64,000 nucleotides of DNA, taken from Botryllus schlosseri. Taxonomy: Eukaryota. Positions 1 through 12,639 of this stretch are shown here, in pieces. Below the pieces are notes generated by a model, which saw nothing but the letters and a program-made list of their open reading frames with translations, was not told the DNA's origin and did not search any database. A program made the translations under genes and the position numbers. The DNA lies in NCBI GenBank assembly GCA_051294905.1, contig CM119386.1, positions 3,968,001 to 4,032,000 on the forward strand. The letters run 5' to 3'. The first letter of the stretch is position 1, and each line of letters begins with the position of its first letter.

Positions 1-1
1 A

Positions 2-172
2 GCGACGTCGTCCGACAGTCAGCCTGATATCGAAAGCGTGAAAGTCGCCAGCCGCAGGAACAAGCGAAAAGGGATCCCGCGAAAACTTGTCTATTTCACG
101 GACCATGGATCCGAAAATGATGACAGCAACATGGACTGCAACGACCTCGTTTTTAATAACAAATACATTTGA
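2..172 (+). CDS. Probable terminal coding exon (3' part) of an unidentified upstream gene
   Basis: Open frame from base 2 to TGA at 170-172: ATSSDSQPDIESVKVASRRNKRKGIPRKLVYFTDHGSENDDSNMDCNDLVFNNKYI*. It is more GC-rich than the AT-rich sequence that follows (UTR-like) and has a basic NLS-like motif. No family recognised. Confidence 0.5.
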   Translation, partial: ATSSDSQPDIESVKVASRRNKRKGIPRKLVYFTDHGSENDDSNMDCNDLVFNNKYI

Positions 173-1372
173 TCCGCATCCGTTACACGCACAGTGTTCA
201 GAAGTTGCGTAAAATTTTACCTACGGAATGGAGTATTGCAGTTGTGAACCACTAGAGTTTGCCTTTCTTTCGCTCGTTTACTGACATGAACCGCGTCCGC
301 AGCGCGGTGCAAATTTCATTTTCTACGTGTTACGTATTTTTACCAATATCTCTTTGCGTTTTAGCTATCGATTTTTACTATTTTTGACCAAGTCTCCCAG
401 GAGTGCGTTATGCGCGTATGTTTAGCACTTTTACAGCAAGCCAGCTTGCCTACTTAATATTACATTACACTGTCTCTGAATGTTGATAGTGGCAATATGG
501 TTGCAATCAATTACATTTTGCTAACAATTACATTTTGCTATCCCGCTCAAAATATATGTTCTTCCGTGCCATCTGTTAACATCTGTCGATCTAACGTAGT
601 AAAATCTATGCTATGCTATGTGTGATGCATATTCTTGGAACACAGCCATACGTAAACATGCGTAACCACAAAGAAGACTGTTGATGAAATATATCAATCA
701 AATTAAGCAAGATTTCACTCTTGAAGTCATCTGTTGAAAATAACACAGCTTACCATTCTGACTGTACTGGTTTTTGCAATAATTTTTTCTTGTGACCTTT
801 CCCATATATTAGCGTTTCTGTTTGAAGTTCAACAGTTGCATACGTGACAGCCTAAAGTGCCTGCGGCAGTCTTTCCACTATGTAGACAAGTATCACAGAC
901 TTTTTGCTGCAGACACAAGATTTCTTCCGAACCGCAAATTCCTTTTCATGACATGCAAATTGCTATAGTATGCAAATTATTATAATATTACAGGTATGTG
1001 TTGATCCGTTCCTTTTCAATCATACCATTTAGTAAAAATGCTTGGAGAATTAACACTACATGGGTATCGATATATATAAGTTGTAAGTGCATTTTTACTA
1101 ATACAAATTTTTAAATCTTTCCATCGAAATTTAGCGGTAGCTCTGTTGACGTTAAGCAGTGAACGTGGCAAGAACATACACGAAAACACGTGGAGTTGTT
1201 TGGATACGTGGGATTCGCAAATCGTACACAATTGACCGTTCGTGTGCTGCTTATAAACAATATATGGGAAGAGCCCGAAGTCGATCAGTCATAATAAAAG
1301 CTAACTAGGTCAGGCAAATCGTTAATCTGTCATTCACCTTGAATTTCATGTTACGCCACGCATCGTCTAAAT

Positions 1373-2389
1373 CAGTGGTTCTCAACCGGGGGGGGGGGGG
1401 GCGTGAAACATCTGAAGGGGGCACGTAGAAGCGATCAACTGAAATAATTTTTCCCGCTCTGCGCGATTTACCTCCAATTCACGTGTGCTTCTCTCTATAT
1501 ATTTTTACCGAATTTCATATTTTTAATTCTCTCATCAACAGTCATAACTAGGGCAAGTTTTTGTTGCACTAAAAAGTTGCATTCAATTTTAACAAAAGTT
1601 GCAGTAAAAAGTCGCATTTATAATTTTTGTTGAATTATTAGGGTATGAGATACTCGAAAGGTTCCGTTGCACAACCCAGTTCCTGCAGAGCTGTTTAAAT
1701 CTGTTATACTTTACCATTTACCAACATTTTTTCCCGGCACACAGCAAGAAAACAACGCAATGCGGGAATAATTTCCCACAAAAAGCTATACAGGATAGTG
1801 ATAACCCCTCCCCCTAAACTAGTCAAATACCACACCCCAAACCCCCAGGTCTGCAAACTTCACCCAAGGCATTACAGAAAAACTCACTCTCAGCGACTTT
1901 ACCGGAATCAATAGCCTTGAAAAGATGACACAGTGAAAATATAATTTCCACGGTCTCGCCTGGGAGTTCGTGAAATAAAACGATCTCAAATTTAAACGAC
2001 AGAATTGGTGAAGCGATCTATTCACATATTGTTAGGGCATGGTCTGGTCATGCTTGGTTGGGGTAGTTGAACTTTTTGCTTGCAAGCCATTGTGTCATAG
2101 ATAACAGTGACATGCAGCTAACCCATCATATGCTCTTTGTTAGGCAAATTATAGAAAATAGAACCACGCTAGAAATAGTTTATAGCATGATTTTGAATCA
2201 CTCCTTCACATTTTTACACAATATTTGACAAAACTTGCCCTAGTCATAACCTTCCATGCCATCAAACAATCTGTTGGGGTTGCTAGCATCCCGGATGGAT
2301 TTTGTGATATGACGATAAGGGGGGGGGGGGCGCGACATTTTTCACCATCATAAAGGGAGGCATGTCTAAAAAAAGGTTGAGAACCACTG
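1373..2389. mobile_element. hAT (Buster/Charlie-type) non-autonomous element
   Basis: 15-bp TIR CAGTGGTTCTCAACC at both ends; perfect 8-bp TSD GTCTAAAT (1365-1372, 2390-2397). Confidence 0.9.
1549..2242. mobile_element. hAT MITE nested inside the 1373-2389 element
   Basis: TIR TAGGGCAAGTTT / AAACTTGCCCTA; perfect TSD GTCATAAC (1541-1548, 2243-2250). Confidence 0.85.
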
Positions 2390-3325
2390 GTCTAAATTCT
2401 TACCCGCAACACTGGCAAGTCTTCAGATGTGTTACGCAGTAAAGCGTAGTCCGCTCATCTCTACCACAGACCCGCTCGTCACTTGTGTCGCATATAGCCG
2501 TCAAATCGGTATATACATATTCGATGCTCCACCTATGATTTAGGTATAGACAAATCCCGCTCTGTCCTATTTGGGTCGCCAAGACCTACCGCTAGCTCGT
2601 AGAAAGAGGATGACAAGCACCACTCTGTTTGAATTGAAACTTTTTCAGGCCATGCACGCCCAAGCTATCGTAATTAGTCTGATGGATTTTGATGCTTGTC
2701 GCTAAACAGAGATTGAACTATGCTGTTACGCCAGTGGCTCTTAACTGGTTTCCATGTGGAACACTAGGGATTCCATGAGCCAGTTTCAAGGGCTCTGCCA
2801 AGACGCACACTCAACTACTACATACGATTTGTGATGATACGCCCGTCTGGGTCATGACTGTAGTGGTGGTTCGGTCGAGGTCGTGTACATTGCTGGCGTA
2901 CACAGTGAAATTGTGGTTTGAAACCGAATTTACATCGTTCTGAAATGCCAATCCTATCTCCAATATTTATAATTTGATTTGTAATCAAGCAGTTATATGA
3001 CGCGGTTGTGTTTCGACCGAACAATGCGATGACACTTTCCAAGGTGAAGCCTCGCATTTCCGAACTGGTTCCGCGACGGCTTTCAGATTAGCGCAAGTGT
3101 TCCACAGGTTAGTAGGCCTAAAGGTTAAGATGAACCGCTATGCTATAAGAAGAGTGTGCCAACCATACAAATGTCGTACTTAAAACCGGTTTGAGATCGG
3201 AAAATTGTATACCCGTCAAAAATATCAAATCAGTTAGCCGCTTCGACTGTGAAAATCGCTCTTGTCCTGCGTGGCTCGGCTCTGAAGACTTTATCATATC
3301 GAGCCTCCCGTCTACCTTGCATGTC

Positions 3326-3466
3326 NNNNNNNNNNNNNNNNNNNNNNNNNNNNNNNNNNNNNNNNNNNNNNNNNNNNNNNNNNNNNNNNNNNNNNNNNNN
3401 NNNNNNNNNNNNNNNNNNNNNNNNNNNNNNNNNNNNNNNNNNNNNNNNNNNNNNNNNNNNNNNNNN
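3326..3466. other. Assembly gap (141 N)
   Basis: Run of N; ORFs spanning it are artefacts. Confidence 1.
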
Positions 3467-3726
3467 TTGGTATATGTTCGTCACGTTATGCAAATAATTA
3501 TTCGTTGTGACGTACATTTTCGTCATATTTTCCAACGGACAGACTTAAAGCGAACACCAATCGTTATGTTCGCCATATTTGACTCAAAATATTAACCTGC
3601 TGTCAGCCATCCCTTTATATTATGTTAGTATCGATCGAATTAGAACAAATGGTAACGGGACGACGACGGATTATGTTCTCATGCTACAGTCTACGAATAT
3701 GTGTCTACGGCTCTAGGACAAGAAAG

Positions 3727-4420
3727 CAATCAATCAATCAATCAATTAGGTTTATTAATATTTTCATCGTTTCAAAACATCACAAGAATGCGATACAATG
3801 ATAAGATAGGAAGGAGTCGAAACAACTTGGAGTAGCCTTTAACATCAGACACCCACCTTAGCCTAGGCGAAGTAAAGAAGAGGCATGCACTGCACAGTGC
3901 ACACTGAATGAAAAGTAATGCTGAGAATAGAAGACGCAAGCGACAAAATGAGGTGGCATGTGGCGGAGGGCGAGGTCGATGTTCGGTCGTGGTCCGGTAA
4001 TCCTGAATGGTGGCTAGTATTCATTTAGAAGAAATTGCTTGTATTTCGACTTGAATGCGGTCATGATCGACGACTGTCGGATAGCCGGCGAGATGCTGTT
4101 CCACAATTGGGGTCCGGCATAAAGCAATGCGTTTTCTTGTATTCCGTCCTGATCATGTGGTAGTTGTTCTTGGTTGACGCGCGTGTGCTGTACTTGTGCG
4201 CTTTTGTCTCTGAGGTGAAGTAGTCGTTGAAATTTGAGGTACATTGACCGCATTGGAACCGATACATAAACTTGGCAATTTCTAGGCTCCTCATATCTTT
4301 TAAGTTTAGAACACCAAATCTTTTGAGAGGCGATTTATCAGTTGCGCATCCAGGCCCCCGTGGGACTTTGGCAATGATACGGGTGATCCGATGTTGAAGT
4401 GAATGTAGTTGTGAATAATC
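3727..4420 (-). mobile_element. 5'-truncated CR1/L2-group LINE (ORF2 C-terminus, 3' UTR, (ATTG)n tail)
   Basis: Minus-strand remnants LQHRITRIIAK...LKDMRSLEIAKFMYRF and LLYAGPQLWNSISPAIRQSSIMTAFKSKYKQFLL resemble CR1/L2 ORF2 ends, with frameshifts. (CAAT)n at 3727-3746 is the tail. Homologous copy at 35620-37060. Confidence 0.8.
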
Positions 4421-4920
4421 GCTATTATTTCTAATGTAAAAGTAATCTATTTCGAGATTTTGCTGTAATCCTTATCTTAATCGAGCTATTCAGACGTGAT
4501 CGCAATCGATCACAGTGTTTCAGTAATCGGCCAATGCAAGACACACTCAGAATGGTTGTCGGCTGCGCTACAGCCAATGTCACGTGACGCTCTGGTTGAC
4601 TAGGTTTAGGCGAAGAGTCAGTGACAGTCAGAACTGCGCGAAAAACAAATTTACTCCAAGAAGCTCTTCAAATTTACTGTTGGAAGCAAAAAAGATATGT
4701 GCTAACACTGACATCTAACGGATGTTATGATATTAACATCTGTCGATTCTGCAGCCAGGACGTGACTCTGACTATAGTCTACTATTTCCAATCAAAACGA
4801 CAAGGCCTGGCGATTTGACAACATGTATGCTGAATAAAATCTATGACTCTGTGGATTCTGTATTGAGTGAACACGTTTTTTTCGGGAAAACTTTGTAGTC
4901 GTATACTTGCCGTTATTGAG

Positions 4921-5322
4921 GAGGGGTAGTGTAGTGGTTACGATAAGCGCCCAGCACGCAGGCAAATCGCGTTCGATTCCCGTCGGAGGTTTATCTGGGC
5001 TCCTCTTCCCCTGCCGTTGCCGTTCTTACGGCGACAAAAAAGCCCAGAAAAAGACCCGACGAAAGAAAGCGCCCACTAAGAATGGAAAAGAACTAGCAGA
5101 AAGGGCCGCGGCTTCAAAGAGATCAACATCGAAAAAGAACTGTGACATCGGGCACAGGCCGAGGTGGATGTTAGAGTAAAGGATCGCTACTGATGCGTGT
5201 CGTTCTACATCCTCCTATCTGTTCATGACATCGCATTGTGTCTTATCGCATTGTACATTGTGTGTGACTTGTTCAGATAAAAATATAACCCAACCATGTT
5301 ATGTTATGTTATGTTATGTTAT
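4921..5322 (+). mobile_element. tRNA-derived SINE, ~400 bp, (TGTTA)n tail
   Basis: Pol III A-box TAGTGTAGTGG (4927) and B-box GTTCGATTCCC (4971); (TGTTA)n tail at 5296-5322; highly similar second copy at 57151-57540 (-). Confidence 0.85.
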
Positions 5323-6479
5323 TGCCATATTTCACTATAAAATTTGAGAAAGAGCCACCGCAATTCACCTCTTTAAGTTCCACATATGGAGACCTCTGAA
5401 GACCCTGTGACAGACCTTATACCTTTGGCGGACGCTATTCGATCCACCTTTCGGAAACATGTCGGCGGAAAAAAGAGATGTGCACACCAATTCAAAGGTT
5501 CTTATGCGAAATGCGACCTAAAAAGCCAGCTCGTCGACCGGAGGTTAAGGACCACTGACCAATGTTCCCAATAATTTTTCACTAGTCAGCGCGAACTCAC
5601 CAACTCACTGCGCGGACCCTTGTCTTCACTTTGACTGGACTGCCGAATTACCCACTTTTCTCGTTAATTTTGTGGTGTTGACTAAAAAAAGGTCATCACT
5701 TCGGCTTTTTCATGCGCAGCTTAGATTTTCTGTGCGCAGAGACCGTGTCAGCACTGCGTAATTGCGCACTCGCGCAGCTTAGAGGGAAAAGTGCCACTGA
5801 CCTTTTTGAATTATGTCAGCAACCGCTGAATTATATGATTTTATATTTGAATTATCACAACTTGTTTGACGAGAAAAAAATGTCAAATTATTTGTCTTAT
5901 TTGCATATTATTTCTTCGCCTATAGAGCCTGTGTATACCTTGGGTTACCATACTTTGGGATCCGGAAATGAACACACAATTTAAAAACCACAAAATTTAG
6001 ATTACCGGACTTGAAAACTGCTGATTCTAAAATTTTTACGGGGATTCTTTTTGTGTTGACTAAAAAACGTCATTTTTCCACTCCTATTTCCGAATAGCCC
6101 GCCTGAACATCCCCTTTGCAGGTTCACGTCATTTATGGCGTTTTTTAGTTGTGCCTGGCCTTGTCCATTAGCCTGGCTGTTAAAGCTATAATGAGGACAT
6201 TAAGTAACCCTAGTTTATCATGCAACCAAAATTAAACAGGAATTTCACTAATGACGATGATACTGTCGACGTGGATTCGAATCCAGGCAGTGGTTCTCGT
6301 CACTCTCCTTTACAAGCTCATAGCGCTAACTCTGGTTATTAGGAGACATGGCAATAATAAAGCGGTGGTTTTCTCAGTGGGAGTAGGTTGATGCGTTGCA
6401 ATCGTTTTGCCCACCTAACATCTGTGATGCAATGATGAGCGGTAATGTACAGAAATCTGACAATCTACTGCCAGGAACT

Positions 6480-6997
6480 TGATATATGGCACTTGTTCAA
6501 ATATGTCATCGTCCTTGTCAACGGAAAACATCTACTTATTATCGCCACCCAATAGCAACCTAACTGAGAGATCTATCGACTATATCATCTGGAATGCATT
6601 GCCACAACATATCCGTGAACAGCCTTATAATAGATTGTAAAAAACCTACTTAGTTAGCCTACCTCTTGCGTCGTCAACGTCATATTAACACTGTTGCCCT
6701 ACCTCACCCAGACATCGCTTCATTGATCATTTGATACCATCGTTTAATTTCTTCTTTCTTATTTTCCTTTTTTAACTAACATTTGTTACAGCCAGACTGT
6801 ATAGAGACAAGTGTATTTGTTTTTGATACGGGTGTGATCAGACTAGTTGACCTTCAGGGTCGTATGGTATCGATCATTCCTCTGTCGCCGAATGCTGTTC
6901 ATGTTCATGCATATTTTATGCACCAGCGTCATCGCCGTCTGTTTGTTATGTATTTTGGTTGGATGAAAAAAATAAAGACTCTCTCTTTCTCTCTCTC
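6480..6997 (+). mobile_element. Degenerate CR1/L2-like LINE 3' end with (CT)n tail
   Basis: Remnant IWNALPQHIREQPYNRL*KTYL near 6590-6650; ends in AATAAA followed by (CT)n at ~6972-6997. Boundaries approximate. Confidence 0.55.
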
Positions 6998-7156
6998 AGA
7001 ATTGTTGAGTAGTCGCCATTTTACCTAGCAATGGATTATTATGTGTGTGAAATTATCGACTACTATTACTTTGTAAAGATTTTCGAATGAATGGATTGCA
7101 ATTACTAGAAAATGCTGTAAACATCACTATATATAAAACAATTAAAGGTTACGACC

Positions 7157-7248
7157 GAGCGAGATAGTGTAATGGTTATGCGTTCGGCTTTTCGACCGGT
7201 AGGTCGTGGGTTCGATCCCCGGATCACTCTCTCTCTCTCTCTCTCTAC
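7157..7248 (+). mobile_element. tRNA-like SINE head followed by (CT)n
   Basis: A-box TAGTGTAATGG, B-box GGTTCGATCCC (7209); same head as the copy at 8951; no complete acceptor stem. Confidence 0.65.
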
Positions 7249-8950
7249 TCCAATCTCCAAATCTGCTCGTCACGACGTGCATATGTGTTAAACTTCTGTT
7301 CGTTAGGTGGCGCAATAGTGTTGGTCAGAACTCGGGCTATTAAGTTCCGATAATAAATTCTTTGTAAAGAATTCGAGGATGCGACATCAATGAAGAGCAA
7401 GGTTTGATATGGGGGCTACGTTGTACAATAAACAGTTACATACCTCATCTAAAATTCTGGATACAATGGTTCGAAAGATATCGGCAATTATACTACAATA
7501 CTAGTCAAATAGTGCTAACGAAATGCCATAATTAATATTAAAATAACTCGTTTTGGTATTGCTCATGCACCAATAGCCAATACGATAGCCCCCGCAAGCA
7601 GTAGAGTAACTGGTAAATCAACTGCCATCGACGCTAGAGACCCCGGTGAAAGACCCGATGAAGGACGAATGGCAACAGGAGAATGATCACCATCCATACA
7701 CTGTTGCATCTTAGATGTGGCTGTTAAATTCAAAGATATTAGCTCGGCGTTTCAGCATCTTGCCATCTGTTCATTACACTATATTGTGTCTTGTGTATCT
7801 CATCGTACATTCCTCTGTGTCTTGAGTGGACAAAAATATAACAGAACCGCCGATTTTATTATGATAGGATGTGCTATATTTATGCGTTGCGTCGTACGGT
7901 TTACTATTACCACTAGTATTACTATAACATTACTATTAGCATTATAAAAGATATAGATCTTATATTTTCGAACGCTGGTAATAGAGATGGCTAAAAATAA
8001 CTGAAAATGCCTATTTTTACCATTTTCTTTATCACATTGTATAATTCTCCTGTCTGCATGGCCCCTGATTTCGATTGAAGCTTATCAAACGCTTTCCATC
8101 GCAAACCTCATACTTGCATTCGTCAGCTAACGGTGTAGATCCCGATCGGCCGTACTCATATATAGCATGAGGGGCATAACATCTTTGTTCTGGAAGCTTG
8201 GTTTAACGAGTTCAGCAGTAATATTTCCGTCAAGCATCTCAAATAAACTCACCGGCGAAAATGTATTGAGGAGTAGAGCGGTTGTCCCCAAAGTTTTTGA
8301 GCTTGGCTCACTAAGAAAAATTACAAAACGGTCGCCGCATACCTACGAAAGAAGAAAAATTTCCACGTGTTAATGCAGTGGATATTCTTATATGTGCGAA
8401 CATATACGACTGAAATGTTGCTGCATTGTTGACAGACATACCCGCGTTTCGTCATCAATTACAAACGGTCTCTCCCGTTTACAGCTTTTAAATTCGGTCA
8501 AAACAGAAAAGCCTGTACTGTTATACACATAGCCATGAAGATGCGAACGACAACAAAATTTCGATGGCTTTTGCACCGATCACGGGGTATACCTACCTTT
8601 TCATCAGAGGCGGTCAGTAACGAAATACTTTTCGCAGTACTCCAGTCCAATATTTCCCTTTAAACTATTACATCCAAAACTACTTACTTTTTAGCCTACA
8701 TTTTGGCTTATGAAGAGTAGAAGGTAGTTTAGGGATTGCTTTGCATCACGCTTGCGAGTCAAACAATCATATATCTTAACAGCCGGACGATATAACCCCT
8801 GTACAATATATTTCCGAAAATTGGTAGGGCCATCAGTCATTTCCCGTTGTCCCGCAAGCTGCAACTTGAAATTTCGAAAGTATTCGTCCTCCAATTTACC
8901 CGTAAAAGTACGTGACCCCTAGACCAAATGTACTTTGGTAAAGTGCTATC

Positions 8951-9190
8951 GAGCGAGATATTGTAATGGTGATGCGTCCGGCTTCTTGATCGGTAGGTCG
9001 TGGGTTCGATGCCCAGCCGGGTCAGACCAGAGACTGGTATCCGAAGCTATCCTGCTATGCTCTCCAACATCCACGGATAGCATGGAGGCGTTGGCTGCTG
9101 AGGCTGTAAGCCGGTGTTGGACCCAAAAAGATTCGCTGCACACCAGAAAATCAATGGCGGCAAATGGTTTGGAAATCACTGGATTAAATT
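8951..9190 (+). mobile_element. tRNA-derived SINE (second family)
   Basis: Head GAGCGAGATATTGTAATGG...GGTCGTGGGTTCGATGCCC, homologous to the 7157 copy. 3' boundary approximate. Confidence 0.6.
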
Positions 9191-10019
9191 ATTCAAATAT
9201 ATGCGCATTGCGCATACCAATGGTTTTGAAATATTACAACTTTGTTTAAACCCATGTTCAAGACTCATGGTATCATCCGTAACCCATGTACTGATCTCGG
9301 ATTCAAACAATGCTGGAAGCTTTCAGTCCCATTTCAATTTCAAATATACAGGATGGACCAAAATGGATTTTGAACTGATAAAAATGCTAGAAAATGATGA
9401 CGCACATCACGACTTGGAGCGTACATTTGTAACGTGTGATTTCACTAAGATGTCGTTGCTCATTTCAGTCATTTCTCATAACAGTCCGAATGTCTGGGGT
9501 ATATATATCATCTATCGGCTGTAATTAGTTCCGCATTTTCAGAATTATTGCTAACAGAATATGATCGACGTATCTTTATATGTTTCCAACATAGACCTAT
9601 ATTTGGTTTACGGGAAGATTCATTCGATTAAGATTGACTGAAACCGAATAAAAATTACGGGTTGATCCGAAATGCACATAGTTAAGTCATGCAAATCCGC
9701 AGAATAATAGCATACTTTTCCTTGTTGTCCAGAATCGAAGATCAATAAATGTTTCGTTCCATAAGCCAGTTAATATGTCTCACAGCAGCCCCAACTCTTA
9801 ATCTGACCACTAGCACAGTTAAACTCATGTTGCAATCTGGCTAATGCATATTGCGTTGGCGAAGAATTGATTTGGGATGCACACATTTTTGACGCAGGAA
9901 TATCGTACACCGGTACGTATAGGCCTATATTGGCGCGACGAGTGTCGCAATGGGTTGCGGACTCCAATCCCACCGATATCGACACTTAAAGTCGACCATT
10001 CGAGTAAAAGACGGTATTA

Positions 10020-10165
10020 ATTTCGGTTTGCGATCTGGTCATTATAGTTTAAATGCTCATTTGTATAAAATTGGAATAGTATATTCTTCATTTTCTAGTT
10101 GCTACCGTTACTCTGAAACTCTGACTTTCATGACAGATTTCTCGTCGATAAATGTATCCAATTAA
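10020..10165 (+). mobile_element. Relic of the C-terminal region of an I/Ingi/Nimb-group LINE
   Basis: LRSGHYSLNAHLYKIGIVYSSFSSCYRYSET matches the RLRTGH.xLNxHLxxIG...C..ET motif that precedes the CCHC finger in I-group ORF2. Confidence 0.6.
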
Positions 10166-11653
10166 AAGTGAAATTTGCATCTCCGATTTGCTCAGTGACC
10201 TTTGCATACCTCCTTGCGTTGTCGAATTTGCATTTGTGATCCATTTGTGATTTTCACGTCTTAATATTCAATTCTGAACTTTGATCGTTATTTCGAATGA
10301 CCTCGTTTCGCCCTGTATATACTGTGCAAGTGTGCATTCTCATTGACCGTGGTGCGAAAGGCCAACAGGCGACAAGCGCTAAATGATTTTGTTAAATAAA
10401 CGACAACAACTATACGTCATCTATTGACGAAATTTAACTTTTGTAGGCTATGTATCGTTGCTCAGGTAGATCTTATATCAATTGGCATATATGCGTTCGG
10501 GTAAGTTTATAATACCATCATAATACCAATTTTATACCATAGACGTCTAACGCACCCGCAGCCCCTCCGGCATGATGCGGGAAATGCTCAAGAGTGCTTT
10601 TCCAAAGATATCCACCGACTCCATCACTTCATAGTACCTTTGAGCAAGAATGCGCTCGTAATGCCTTCGCATGGAGAGATAATCGGGGATAATCAGAGAG
10701 ATACGCAAAGTCGACTTCATCCTTAGAATACATTCAAGTAGCTTCGAGTATATATCATCAGATTATTAAATCAAAGAGGCCGAAATGGGGCCGATTTCGA
10801 CTCGGCGTAGTCTACGGATCGCGATTGACGCCTTCACACAAGATTCCGTAGAATGCAAGCAACAACACGTTTCCGTTCTGCAGTGTCTCAACGGCGCCGC
10901 ATATATTCGGAAATCCGTAATGCCACGAACAATACATTTTGCAAACGAGGGGAGATAATCACTTGTGTCGTAATCGCGATGCTATAGAATTAAAGTGTAT
11001 TATGTTCGAATAGTGTGAGTATTAATTTCTCCTCTCATCAGCCATCGCAGCCGTAATAAAACAGGAGCATTCCATTTATGGGGCATATACTTGCGGCACA
11101 GTGTGTTTCTGTATACCATCTAATTGTAGAGCTATCGCTTATAATGTCGCAAATCCACATGCTTACCACCATTACGCAACTTCCATCATTTTACCGGCAG
11201 TGACTGAAGGCTATACCGTGTTACAATTTGCTCAAAAACCTACCCAGCGCAGTTATAAAATGCACATTCAAAATTACGAAGTATATAATACATAAAACTG
11301 ATTCGTGTTGTCACCGCCATCACATACCAACGCATCGTATTCATCATCCATTTCATCGCCTGGTCTTTAGTGCAATGTAGTTCGGCTCAAGTATCAGCTT
11401 GGTTGCGGCATGTAAAAGCGAATGATCGAACTTGCATCGCATATGTGGATAATTGACAGGGCCAATAAACTCATCCATATATCATATACCCATAATTGTA
11501 ATCCATGCAGTATGCAGATGCAAGCAACCACCGACTTTTTCTCACAAAACACCTTAAATGTAACCGATAACCGCCGAGGAGATGAACAACAGTGTGAACA
11601 GCAATGTTACATATATTCGAGAGTATGGAATTCAACTATTCACTTATCCACTG

Positions 11654-12639
11654 CAGTGTTGGGATGACTCAAGTCATGACTTGACTCGAGTCAGACTCGA
11701 GTCACCTTTTTCGAGTGACTTGACTTGACTCGAGTCACTTTGCAAAAATGACTTGACTTGACTCGGCGCTTCAGAAATGTGGATTGACTCGAGACTCGGA
11801 GCAAAATTCACGAGTCAATTTCAAGTCATTAAGTAAACTGTGTCGATTAAATAACCATATCTTGTTTATGTTTGGGTTGTTCGCGATACGCCGGTGTCAC
11901 TTGTGAAAGCAACCAGTCATTCGCTGATTTTACGTTTTACTGATTCTCCATTGTCACATCACAAATAATTTGACCACTAACGAAACAATCACAGCTTACG
12001 TTATCGTAGTAGCAATAGATTAATCTAATAGCAACGTGTATCCTTGTTTCTAAGACGGCTCAGAGCTTACATTGCGGATGTGCTCACCTTTACCAACCAT
12101 CTTGTTTGATATATAACGAACGAATATAGTTTACGCGTTTATATTCTCACGGATGTGTATTTGGGCAGTGTATTGTACCACATCAATTTCATCAACTTCT
12201 CGAGGATTCGTATTCGATACTCTATATTGGCCGATAAAATCAGACTGTAGATGTAACTATAAAATTACTCGCATATTTTATTAGCAGTTCTACGTTTGCG
12301 TGAGTGCTGCAACATCGTTTTGCATGTATATTTATCGTTATATTCGTTATTTGATTCAAGATAAATGGCATATTCATCTGTCCTTAATCTAGTTAGCAAA
12401 ATGTAATGACTTTGCATCATCACTCATACTTCGAAATTTCAATTTGACTTGAATCGTGACTTGACTCGTGACTTGACTCGACTTGACTCGACTTGACTCG
12501 AGTCACCTCCAAAAAACGAGTGACTTGACTTGACTCGAGTCACCTTTGAAAATCGATTGACTTGACTTGACTCGAGTCAAAATGTGCAATGACTCGAGAT
12601 GACTCGTGACTCGAAGGTAGTGACTTGATCCCAACACTG
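11654..12639. mobile_element. hAT MITE with subterminal GACTTGACTCGAGTC arrays
   Basis: 12-bp TIR CAGTGTTGGGAT; perfect TSD ATCCACTG (11646-11653, 12640-12647); many copies of palindromic GACTCGAGTC and GACTT at both ends. Confidence 0.9.

Noticed and set aside
3191-3595. ORFs spanning the N run
   Set aside because: Artefacts of the assembly gap at 3326-3466.
7157-7225. tRNA gene (also 4921-4985 and 8951-9015)
   Set aside because: A and B boxes are present but there is no complete cloverleaf or acceptor stem. The heads run into SINE bodies or simple repeats and recur in the window.
10560-10960. Second decayed Harbinger transposase (minus-strand WHYGFPNICGAVE)
   Set aside because: Only one short motif resembling GFPxxxGAIDG, with no other motif in the expected order.
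11654-12639. CRISPR-like array of palindromic repeats
   Set aside because: Eukaryotic context, no regular unique spacers, no cas genes; bounded by hAT TIRs and a TSD.
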